A stretch of DNA of 32,000 nt from positions 81,372 to 113,371 of the forward strand of contig CAYNZZ010000003.1 in assembly GCA_964401865.1 (NCBI GenBank), given 5' to 3'. The first letter of the stretch is position 1. Each line of letters begins with the position of its first letter. This document shows positions 1 to 7,556 of this stretch, in pieces. Origin of the DNA: an uncultured Erysipelotrichaceae bacterium. GTDB lineage: Bacteria; Bacillota_I; Bacilli_A; Erysipelotrichales; Erysipelotrichaceae. The position numbers and the translations under genes were made by a program. The notes under the pieces are model-generated. The model saw nothing but the letters and a program-made list of their open reading frames with translations. It was not told where the DNA came from and searched no databases.

Positions 1-1
1 A

Positions 2-778
2 GCGAAATTGGTATTAGGAATTTTACAGGTAAATTGTAACAAGATTGCTGCTATACCTCAGGTTTTGACTTTAGGTTTTAGTGCCGGTTTAGTTCCATAC
101 TTAACAGAATCTTTGGAAAAACAGGATTTTAAAAATCTGCAGAAACAATTATCTGAAATATTTGATACAGTATTTTATCTATTGATACCAGTTGTGTTGG
201 CGTTTATGTTATTTGCGAAAGCCATTTATTTTATTATGTATGGTAATGCTAACTTAGATTTGGGCAGTGAAGTGTTTATGGTTTCTAACTTACAAACAAT
301 CACTGATACTATTGCGCCTATATTGTCATCAATTCTTATTACACTAAGACATAGAAAAGTCGCTATTTTACTGTTAGCTATTAGTTTTGGCGTAAAATTT
401 ATTAGTTTTTTCCCAATGGTTTCGCTAACTGGATATTTAGGTTTAATTTACAGTTCATTGCTATGCAGTTTGATTGTAATTGTATTTGGCTTTATCTTTC
501 TTAAAAGATCGTACTCATTTAAACTTAAAAGTTCAATGCGTAGATTGTTATTTATAGTGATAAGTTCTGTTCTATGTTTGATTCCTAGCTTTATTATTTG
601 CCATATTATTCCATTTAATTATTCAAATAGAATTATTTGTCTAATGTATATGCTATTTCACGCTTGCTTATCTGGTGGTTTATATTTAGCTATATCTTAT
701 TTACTGTACTTGCCTCAGGCGATATTTCATTTAAAAGGTAAAGATGTCTTTAAAGTGATTAAACGTTTTAGGGGTTAA
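2..778 (+). CDS. MOP-superfamily flippase, C-terminal portion (MurJ/SpoVB/YtgP-like); 5' end lies outside the window
   Basis: The frame is open from the window edge to TAA 776-778. The track start at 8 is only an in-frame TTG. The translation is a run of hydrophobic helices with short basic loops, as in polysaccharide/lipid II flippases. The family call is from memory, not alignment. Confidence 0.5.
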   Translation, partial: AKLVLGILQVNCNKIAAIPQVLTLGFSAGLVPYLTESLEKQDFKNLQKQLSEIFDTVFYLLIPVVLAFMLFAKAIYFIMYGNANLDLGSEVFMVSNLQTITDTIAPILSSILITLRHRKVAILLLAISFGVKFISFFPMVSLTGYLGLIYSSLLCSLIVIVFGFIFLKRSYSFKLKSSMRRLLFIVISSVLCLIPSFIICHIIPFNYSNRIICLMYMLFHACLSGGLYLAISYLLYLPQAIFHLKGKDVFKVIKRFRG

Positions 779-1683
779 GAGATAAGCTTATCAATTTTGA
801 TTTCTTCTTTAATAAGCGAGCCACTTTCGTTAAATTTATTTAGACATTCAATAACTTGGTTGGTTAGATAAGTTGGAGTGCTTGCACCAGCCGTCACGTA
901 AATGTTATCAACATTTAAGTCTTTGATATCGATGTCATGTGCATTTTCAATCATTAAAACCTTCTTAATGCCACTTTGTAAAGCTATTTGTTTGAGCTTG
1001 TTGGTGTTATTGGATTTTGGGTCTCCTACAACATACAATAAATCGCAATCTTTTAAATCCATTATAGCCTTTTGTCTAATGCTGGTTGCGTTGCATATTT
1101 CTTCTAAGATGGTCGCGTTAGGCCATTTTTCTTTTATTCTGTTGTTTATGTCTTGTATTTCAAAAATTGACATCGTTGTTTGATTGGTTACGAAAATTGG
1201 TTCAGTTATTTCTGTTGAATCTAATTCGTTGATATTGCTAATTAATTGTATTTTTTTGTCAATGCCTAAAACAGCTTCGGCTTCAGGATGTCTATTTTTA
1301 CCGATATAGAGAACATTAAAACCTTCTGAAAGTTTTTTCTTGATAATATTTTGCGTTTTAATCACATCTATACACGATGCATCGATGACTTTTAACCCTT
1401 TTTGAATAGCTTTGTTTTTTATTTTTTCTGATATTCCATGAGCAGTGAAAATAACTATACCATCATCTATTTCATCAATTAATTCTTCTTTCGATTTAAT
1501 AGAATCGTCTAAAGTTGTGATGTCATAAAGTTTTAAGGCCTCAGTGATATAGCGATTGTGAACAATCATTCCTAAAACATAGATATTATCATTCGGATTA
1601 TCTTTACGAGCTTGCTTGGCAATTTCTATGGCTCTTACAACGCCCTTACAATAGCCACTTGGTATTACTTTTTTTATTTTCAT
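775..1683 (-). CDS. ispH: 4-hydroxy-3-methylbut-2-enyl diphosphate reductase (IspH/LytB)
   Basis: 302 aa. Motifs seen: GYCKGVVRAIEIA (first cluster Cys), HNRYI, FTAHG, DASCIDV, NQTT, ICNATSIRQ, and a C-terminal SNNTNKL and GASTP. The stop overlaps the upstream convergent gene by 4 nt. Confidence 0.93.
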   Translation of the reverse strand: MKIKKVIPSGYCKGVVRAIEIAKQARKDNPNDNIYVLGMIVHNRYITEALKLYDITTLDDSIKSKEELIDEIDDGIVIFTAHGISEKIKNKAIQKGLKVIDASCIDVIKTQNIIKKKLSEGFNVLYIGKNRHPEAEAVLGIDKKIQLISNINELDSTEITEPIFVTNQTTMSIFEIQDINNRIKEKWPNATILEEICNATSIRQKAIMDLKDCDLLYVVGDPKSNNTNKLKQIALQSGIKKVLMIENAHDIDIKDLNVDNIYVTAGASTPTYLTNQVIECLNKFNESGSLIKEEIKIDKLIS

Positions 1684-1689
1684 ATACTT

Positions 1690-1698
1690 ATTTTACCA
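1690..1698 (-). promoter_or_regulatory. Extended -10 box (TGGTAAAAT on the minus strand) 6 nt upstream of the ispH ATG
   Basis: The minus strand reads TGGTAAAAT-AAGTAT-ATG. There is no Shine-Dalgarno between the box and the start codon. Confidence 0.45.
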
Positions 1699-1722
1699 TA
1701 TTATGCTTTTTAGTTTATTTTA

Positions 1723-1731
1723 TGATAAAAT
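1723..1731 (+). promoter_or_regulatory. Extended -10 box (TGATAAAAT) 7 nt upstream of the helicase ATG at 1739
   Basis: Reads TGATAAAAT-ATTAAGC-ATG with no SD. It is divergent from the ispH box 25 bp away. Confidence 0.4.
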
Positions 1732-1738
1732 ATTAAGC

Positions 1739-3076
1739 ATGAATAACTTGAATTTAAAATCTGAAACATTAAAATTTATTGAATTAAATGGATTTAAGTC
1801 TTTAACAAAAGTTCAAGATGCAACAATAAAAATTGCCAACAAGGGTAAAGATGTCATTGTATTGTCTAAGACTGGTACTGGTAAGACGCATGCTTTTTTA
1901 ATTCCGATTATGGAAAAAATTAATCCAGCTATTGATGAAACACAAGTTATAATTTCATCGCCAACTAGAGAGTTAGCTTTTCAAATATATCAAAATGCTT
2001 TGATTATGAAAGAAATATATCCAGATTTAAGAATTAAACTTCTATCTGGTGGTCTAGATACTAGGCGTATGAAAGACGGACTTAAGAAAGCTCCTCAGAT
2101 TGTAATTGGCACGCCTGGAAGAATTAAAGCTTTATTTTCAGATAGTACATTACGTGTTGATTTAGTTAAGATGTTTGTGGTTGATGAAGCGGACATGACA
2201 ATCGAGTATGGTTTTTTAGATGATGTTGATGCTGTTTTTTCTAAGATGTTTAATCCGCAAGTAATGTGTTTTAGTGCCACTTTGCCTGAAGGTTTAAAAC
2301 CATTTATTAAAAAGTACTTAAATCATCCACAATTAATTGAAATCAAAGATGATGAAAAAGTTGATCCTAATATCGAACATATATTAATTAACTGCAAGCA
2401 TAAATCGTATGGAGAAGCATTATTAGATATTTTAGGTGGTTTTAATCCATATGTATGTTTAATCTTTGCTAATACTCGCGAAGAATGTGATGAAGTATAT
2501 GCCCTTTTTAAAAGAAACAAGATTAAAGCTGTGCTTTTACATGGAGGTCTAGATTCAAGACAAAGACAAAGAGCGATTAAAGAAATAAGTAGCAAAGAAA
2601 TTACTTATGTTATTGCGAGTGATATTGCGTCAAGAGGTTTGGATATTGATGCTATTACTCATGTGGTATCACTTGGTTTTCCAAAAGAATTGAGCTTTTA
2701 TATCCATCGTAGCGGAAGAACCGGAAGAAATGGCAGACATGGTATTTGCTATGCTTTATATCAGAAACAAGATGAAGCGGCAATCAATACTCTAATTAAA
2801 CAAGGTATTAAGTTTACTCCTAAACAATATAAAAATGGAGAATGGCGAGATCTTAAATCATTCGATTTTAAGCGGGTAAGCTATAGCGAAAAACGCGAAA
2901 AAGAAATCGCTAAGATGCTTAAAAAGAAAAACGAGAAGGTTAAACCTAATTATAAGAAAAAGAAAACTCAAAAAATCGAAGATATTAAACGCAAAGAAAG
3001 ACGTGAATATATTCGAAAAAAGATACAAGAAGAAAAGAAAGCTAGATATAAAAACGCCGCTAGAAATAAAGATTAG
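1739..3076 (+). CDS. cshB: DEAD-box ATP-dependent RNA helicase (CshB-like) with a Lys/Arg-rich C-terminal tail
   Basis: Motifs: Q-motif region LTKVQ, SKTGTGKT (I), PTRELA (Ia), TPGR (Ib), DEAD (II), SAT (III), ASDIASRGLD (V), HRSGRTGR (VI). Start 1739 (MNNLNLK) puts the Q motif at the usual distance from the N-terminus. The ATG at 1703 would add 12 hydrophobic residues. Adjacency to ispH mirrors the B. subtilis yqfP/yqfR neighbourhood (from memory). Confidence 0.88.
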   Translation: MNNLNLKSETLKFIELNGFKSLTKVQDATIKIANKGKDVIVLSKTGTGKTHAFLIPIMEKINPAIDETQVIISSPTRELAFQIYQNALIMKEIYPDLRIKLLSGGLDTRRMKDGLKKAPQIVIGTPGRIKALFSDSTLRVDLVKMFVVDEADMTIEYGFLDDVDAVFSKMFNPQVMCFSATLPEGLKPFIKKYLNHPQLIEIKDDEKVDPNIEHILINCKHKSYGEALLDILGGFNPYVCLIFANTREECDEVYALFKRNKIKAVLLHGGLDSRQRQRAIKEISSKEITYVIASDIASRGLDIDAITHVVSLGFPKELSFYIHRSGRTGRNGRHGICYALYQKQDEAAINTLIKQGIKFTPKQYKNGEWRDLKSFDFKRVSYSEKREKEIAKMLKKKNEKVKPNYKKKKTQKIEDIKRKERREYIRKKIQEEKKARYKNAARNKD

Positions 3077-3100
3077 GAATACTTAGGTATTCCTTTTTTT
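3075..3100 (+). terminator. Rho-independent terminator after the helicase gene
   Basis: AGGAATAC-TTAG-GTATTCCT is a perfect 8-bp stem. It is followed by a T run (3095-3100). Confidence 0.75.
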
Positions 3101-3144
3101 GTGAAAAGCATTATGTGTTTATAGATAATTGTAATCGTTTATTC

Positions 3145-3150
3145 TATAAT
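3145..3150 (+). promoter_or_regulatory. -10 box TATAAT 6 nt upstream of the MATE ATG at 3157
   Basis: Reads TATAAT-TATTTT-ATG with no SD. No convincing -35 and no TG extension. Confidence 0.35.
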
Positions 3151-3156
3151 TATTTT

Positions 3157-4512
3157 ATGACGACTTTTGTATCTAATTACATAGGCGATAGAGAATTCTA
3201 TCAAAAGACATTTAGAGTTACGATTCCATTGGCGATGACGATGTTGCTATCTAGTTGTATGTCGATAATTGATTCAATAATGGTATCTTCAATCGGGATG
3301 CTTACAGCGGTCGGTAACGCATCACAGGTGATCACATTATCTAATGGTATATCATGGGGCATTACTAGTGGTGTTGCGATATTTGCCGCTCAATTTTTTG
3401 GGGCTAAACAGTTTGATAAGATGGGTAAGTCTTTGGGTTTGAGTATTATGCTGACTCTATTGAATGCAGCTATTTGGATTACAGTTGCCTATACGATTGC
3501 TGATAAAGTCTTGTTGTTTTATTTGAATGATTTAGAAATATTAGATTATAGCCGTGCTTATCTTCAAATTGTGGTTTTTGCAGAAATCCCTTTGGCTTTA
3601 AATAATTCTATTGGATTGATGTATCGAAGTGAACACAATACGAAATTAACTTTTATTATGAGTGTTTTTGGCGCCTTTTTTAATGTTTGTCTCAATGCGC
3701 TATTTATCTATGTATTAAAGATTGGGATTGCAGGTGCTGCATATGGTACTCTAATTGCTCAATTGTTAGTCTTATTATTGTATATTGCCTATCTTATTAA
3801 AGATAAGCCTAAATTTATATTAGGTAGAGCTAATTTTGAATTGAGTTTTGATTTTGTAAAATCGATTTTTTCTCGTATTTTGCCTTTGATGATTAATGAA
3901 ACGTTATTTGGCTTTGGGATGACCTTATTTACAAAGGCATTCGGTATGCTTGGCACACAGAATATGGATGCTTATTATGTGGCTAATCAAATATTTAGTC
4001 TGTTCTTATTCATTGTTCATGGCTATGGTTCGGCAGTATCAATATTGATTGGTACAAGGTTAGGCGAGGGAAGAATAGAATTGGCAAAGGAAGAAGCTAA
4101 GTATCAAATCGGTCTAGCTGCCTTCCTTGCGACATGTATAGTATGTGTTATGCTTGTGTTTAAAACGCCTCTTTTACATTTGTATAATGTTGAAAATGAA
4201 ACTACTTTTAGAATTTGTCAGGGTTTACTAAATGTATTTGCCCTTAAAGTGTTTATTAGAATGTTTAACTTTGTAATGTTTTCGACTCTTAGGGCAGGTG
4301 GAGATGCCAAGATTTTAAATCTACTAGATTCAGGTATTATGTATTTAGTAGGCGTTCCGATTGCTTTCTTAAGTGTTGGTGTTTTAAAAATTGATAATAT
4401 TGTTTTGGTTTTATTATTGTGTCAGATTGAACAAGTTGTTCGTTTCTTTTTGACTTATCATCGTTACAACAAGGGTAGTTGGGCTAATGATTTAACTAAG
4501 ACTATGGTATAA
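3157..4512 (+). CDS. MATE family efflux transporter
   Basis: About 450 aa with 12 predicted hydrophobic helices in two 6-helix halves, and an N-terminal FYQKTFRVTIPLAMTMLL-type MatE opening. The track start (GTG 3115) adds a non-hydrophobic, Cys/Asn-rich extension, so ATG 3157 is preferred. Confidence 0.8.
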   Translation: MTTFVSNYIGDREFYQKTFRVTIPLAMTMLLSSCMSIIDSIMVSSIGMLTAVGNASQVITLSNGISWGITSGVAIFAAQFFGAKQFDKMGKSLGLSIMLTLLNAAIWITVAYTIADKVLLFYLNDLEILDYSRAYLQIVVFAEIPLALNNSIGLMYRSEHNTKLTFIMSVFGAFFNVCLNALFIYVLKIGIAGAAYGTLIAQLLVLLLYIAYLIKDKPKFILGRANFELSFDFVKSIFSRILPLMINETLFGFGMTLFTKAFGMLGTQNMDAYYVANQIFSLFLFIVHGYGSAVSILIGTRLGEGRIELAKEEAKYQIGLAAFLATCIVCVMLVFKTPLLHLYNVENETTFRICQGLLNVFALKVFIRMFNFVMFSTLRAGGDAKILNLLDSGIMYLVGVPIAFLSVGVLKIDNIVLVLLLCQIEQVVRFFLTYHRYNKGSWANDLTKTMV

Positions 4513-4513
4513 T
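4505..4513 (+). promoter_or_regulatory. Extended -10 box TGGTATAAT overlapping the MATE stop codon, 6 nt upstream of the ATG at 4520
   Basis: Reads TGGTATAAT-TGACAT-ATG. The TAA stop of the MATE gene (4510-4512) lies inside the hexamer. No SD. Confidence 0.45.
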
Positions 4514-4519
4514 TGACAT

Positions 4520-4855
4520 ATGAAAAAAAGAGAAGTATTGATTGTTTTGGTGGTTGTTGTGTTTAGCTTTATGGCATTGTTGATCAACAACTTTATCAAT
4601 ACGAATAAAACAGTGGTAAAGATAATTGATGGTAGTGGTAAAGAAGTATTGAACTTTGATATTAACTCCGATGGATACTATTCTGTTGATGGCGCGTATG
4701 GAAAATTTAATGTCGAGGTAAAAAATGGTAAATGGCGTGCGGTTGATGTTGATTGCCCTAATCATGATTGTGAAAAAATGGGATGGTCATCGAAAGATAT
4801 TTACATTCCGATTATCTGTTTGCCTAATCAGTTGTGGGTGACCCTAGATGAATAG
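4520..4855 (+). CDS. NusG domain II-containing membrane-anchored protein
   Basis: 111 aa. It has an N-terminal TM anchor, then a beta-rich domain ending in the CPNHDCEKMGW ... ICLPNQLWVTL pattern typical of the NusG_II family. It overlaps the downstream Gx-transporter gene by 8 nt. Confidence 0.75.
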   Translation: MKKREVLIVLVVVVFSFMALLINNFINTNKTVVKIIDGSGKEVLNFDINSDGYYSVDGAYGKFNVEVKNGKWRAVDVDCPNHDCEKMGWSSKDIYIPIICLPNQLWVTLDE

Positions 4856-5336
4856 AACTAAAAATATGGTTACTTTGATGATGCTTTCAGCGTTGGCTAT
4901 AGTCATTAATCTATTTGAAAGTGCTTTTATTCCGCCTATACAATTTGGAATTCGTTTTGGTTTGGCTAATATCGTTGCTCTTATCACTATTAAACTATAT
5001 GGTAGTAAAGAGATGATTATTGTTAATTCTTTGCGTGTAACTATTGGTAATTTATTAAAGGGGATGATTTTTGGTTCTCCTTTCTGGATTTCTTTTTCAG
5101 GTGTTACACTATCAACCATTGCAATTATTGTTTGCGATAGGCTAAAGACTTCGATATTGTTCACTTCTATCGTGTCGGCTATTTTTCATAGCTTAGGACA
5201 AGTTATAATGGTAATGTTTTTTTATAATCAAGCTGGTGTTGTTTCGCTATTTCCAGTATTAGCTCTAACTTCTATTGGAACAGGCATTTTAACTGGTTTT
5301 GTTACAAAAGGAGTATTGAAGAGGATTGTAATATGA
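4848..5336 (+). CDS. Gx transporter family protein (family historically mislabelled heptaprenyl diphosphate synthase component I)
   Basis: 162 aa, 5-6 TM helices. Motifs GLANIVALI, LRVTIGNLLKG and HSLGQVIMV match my memory of this family. It is the usual partner of NusG_II proteins. Confidence 0.7.
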   Translation: MNRTKNMVTLMMLSALAIVINLFESAFIPPIQFGIRFGLANIVALITIKLYGSKEMIIVNSLRVTIGNLLKGMIFGSPFWISFSGVTLSTIAIIVCDRLKTSILFTSIVSAIFHSLGQVIMVMFFYNQAGVVSLFPVLALTSIGTGILTGFVTKGVLKRIVI

Positions 5337-6637
5337 AAATAGGTTTTATTTCTTTGGGTTGTTGTAAGAATTTGGTTGATAGCGAGTATATTATTGGCTT
5401 GTTTGATGATGGTTTTTTTGAGTATGAAAGCGATCCTAAAAAGTGTGATGTCATCGTCATAAATACTTGTGGTTTTATCTTAGATGCAAAAAAAGAGGCC
5501 ATTGATACAATATTGGAGATGGCGGAATATAAAAATAATTGTCTTAAAAAGTTGATTGTTTGTGGTTGTTTTGTAGAGCGATACACTGAAGATTGTCTAA
5601 GGGAATTTCCGGAAGTTGATTTATTTGTGCCGATTAGAGAATATCCAAATTTTCCTAATTTGTTGAAGGGGTTGTTCAAGCGTGAATTTTCGACAGGTTA
5701 TAGAGAAAAACGCAAAATGATTACTAGCGATCATTATGCATATCTTAAAATTTCTGATGGTTGTGATAATCGTTGCGCATATTGTGCGATTCCACTCATT
5801 AGAGGTAATTGTAAATCATATCCAATCGAGGAGTTAGTTAAAGAAGCCAAAGACTTATATGATAAAGGAGTCAAGGAGCTAAATGTGATTGCTCAAGACA
5901 CCACTTATTATGGTAAAGACTTGTATGGGCATTTTGCATTAAAGGAACTCTTGATGGAACTTGATAAAATACCTTTTACATGGATAAGGGTTTTGTATAT
6001 GTATCCCGATGAAATTGAGGACGATCTATTGAAGACAATGAAAACTTTAAAAAGAGTTATTCCTTATTTTGATATTCCTATTCAATATGGCAACGACAGA
6101 ATGCTTAAACTGATGAATAGAAGAGGCAGTGTAGAACTCATTAAAGAAAAGATTAATAAGATTAGGATGTATTTTGATGATGCAGTTATACGCACCACTA
6201 TTATTGTTGGATTCCCTCAAGAAGACGATAACAGTTTCAATGATACGCTCGACTTGATTAAAGATATAAAATTTGATTCTTTAGGGGCTTTTACATATTC
6301 AAAAGAAGATGATACTAAGGCTTATGATTTGGACGGAGAAGTTGATGAAACAGTTGCTAAAGAAAGATATAATCAATTGATGCAGATACAAGCAGAGATT
6401 GTAAAAGAGAAAAATGAAGCCAAAATAGGTAGTATAATAGAAGTGTTAATTGATAGCTATGAATCGTTATTAGATCGTTATGTTGCAAGATCTAAAGCTT
6501 GTGCACCTGATGATGTCGATGGCAAGATTTATGTAAATAGCGATGAGGCTTTAAAAATTGGAGAATTTTATAAAGTGCGTGTGAATAGTGCAAATGTTTA
6601 CGATTTGCTTACATATGTAGAAAAGGAGATAAAGTAA
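5333..6637 (+). CDS. rimO: Ribosomal protein S12 methylthiotransferase RimO (radical SAM)
   Basis: The N-terminal SLGCCKNLVDSEYIIG is the RimO-type UPF0004 domain. The radical-SAM motif is CDNRCAYCAIP. There is a C-terminal TRAM-like domain. An ATGA overlap joins it to the upstream gene. Confidence 0.88.
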   Translation: MKIGFISLGCCKNLVDSEYIIGLFDDGFFEYESDPKKCDVIVINTCGFILDAKKEAIDTILEMAEYKNNCLKKLIVCGCFVERYTEDCLREFPEVDLFVPIREYPNFPNLLKGLFKREFSTGYREKRKMITSDHYAYLKISDGCDNRCAYCAIPLIRGNCKSYPIEELVKEAKDLYDKGVKELNVIAQDTTYYGKDLYGHFALKELLMELDKIPFTWIRVLYMYPDEIEDDLLKTMKTLKRVIPYFDIPIQYGNDRMLKLMNRRGSVELIKEKINKIRMYFDDAVIRTTIIVGFPQEDDNSFNDTLDLIKDIKFDSLGAFTYSKEDDTKAYDLDGEVDETVAKERYNQLMQIQAEIVKEKNEAKIGSIIEVLIDSYESLLDRYVARSKACAPDDVDGKIYVNSDEALKIGEFYKVRVNSANVYDLLTYVEKEIK

Positions 6638-7539
6638 TGGGATATTATATTGGCGTTGATTTAGGCGGTACAAATGTAAGAGTTGCGAAAGTTGATGAAA
6701 ACGGAAACATCATTGAGGAGATTAAAGAGCCCTCATTAGCTGATAAAGGACCGGAAGTTGTATTAGAACATATCGTTGATATGGTTAAAAGAATTAGTTC
6801 ATATGAGACATGTTATGGCGTTGGTGTAGGCGTTCCAGGACCGGTAGATACGTTGAATGGATGTATGACTATTTCTACTAATTTGAATGGATTTACTAAT
6901 TATCCGGTTGTTGATTGCTTATCTAAAGCACTAAATTTGCCAATTTACATGGACAATGATGCTAATGTCGCCGGTTTAGCTGAAGCAATGCTTGGAGCTG
7001 GCAAAGGTTATCCGGTAGTATATTATTTAACTCATTCAACTGGTATTGGTGGTGCTTTAATTATTAATAACAAGATTGTTTCTGGACGTAAAGGTTATGC
7101 TGGGGAAGTTGCTAATATCATAATTGATCGCAACAGAAGAAAACATAATGATTTAAATGTTGGGGCGGTAGAAAATGAAGCTAGCGGAGTTGCAATCGCT
7201 AGAATCGGACAAGAAAGATTGAATACCAAGACAACTAAAGATGTTTTTGATTTAGCTGATAAAGGGTATGAAGAAGCTTTAAAGATTCTTGATGAGATGT
7301 CATATGATTTTGCACAAATGATGTCAACGATATCTGCTGTCTGCGATCCACATATTTTCGTTATTGGTGGTGGAGTTGCTCAAAACAATCATGCTGCTTA
7401 TTTTGATAAGATTAATAAATATTACAAGACGATGGTTCACAATATGCAACAAGATACGCCAATGGTTTTGGCGACACTTGATGAACCGGGCGTTGTAGGG
7501 GCTGCGATGTTGGTGCGCTCAGCTGAATTGAACAAATAG
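6637..7539 (+). CDS. ROK family sugar kinase (atypical: zinc-binding Cys motif absent)
   Basis: Motifs: N-terminal IGVDLGGTNVRVA ATP-binding motif, DNDANVAGLAE, THSTGIGGA, GYAGEV. The canonical GH...CxCGxxGCxE segment is replaced by AN...HNDLNVGAVE. A TAATG overlap joins it to rimO. Confidence 0.8.
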   Translation: MGYYIGVDLGGTNVRVAKVDENGNIIEEIKEPSLADKGPEVVLEHIVDMVKRISSYETCYGVGVGVPGPVDTLNGCMTISTNLNGFTNYPVVDCLSKALNLPIYMDNDANVAGLAEAMLGAGKGYPVVYYLTHSTGIGGALIINNKIVSGRKGYAGEVANIIIDRNRRKHNDLNVGAVENEASGVAIARIGQERLNTKTTKDVFDLADKGYEEALKILDEMSYDFAQMMSTISAVCDPHIFVIGGGVAQNNHAAYFDKINKYYKTMVHNMQQDTPMVLATLDEPGVVGAAMLVRSAELNK

Positions 7540-7556
7540 AAAAGGAGTCATGTGTT

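Noticed and set aside
781-792. Palindrome GATAAGCTTATC as a terminator for the flippase gene
   Set aside because: It could form only a 4-bp stem once a loop is allowed, which is too weak.
902-1183. 93-aa + strand ORF from the track
   Set aside because: It lies entirely antisense within the well-supported ispH gene. Its translation is low-complexity and Leu/Phe/Ser/Ile-rich, with no start context.
1703-1738. Upstream ATG 1703 as the helicase start
   Set aside because: It adds 12 hydrophobic residues (MLFSLFYDKILS) not expected before the Q motif. It also lies upstream of the TGATAAAAT box, so that promoter's transcript would not include it. ATG 1739 is preferred, but this is not proven.
2095-2595. 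Two minus-strand ORFs (2095..2280, 2323..2595)
   Set aside because: They are antisense to the DEAD-box helicase, whose motifs run continuously through this interval. There is no SD and no recognisable motifs.
4502-5679. Three minus-strand ORFs (4502..4765, 4844..5164, 5302..5679)
   Set aside because: They are antisense to the NusG-II, Gx-transporter and rimO genes, all of which carry family motifs. They are typical shadow ORFs of AT-rich coding DNA.
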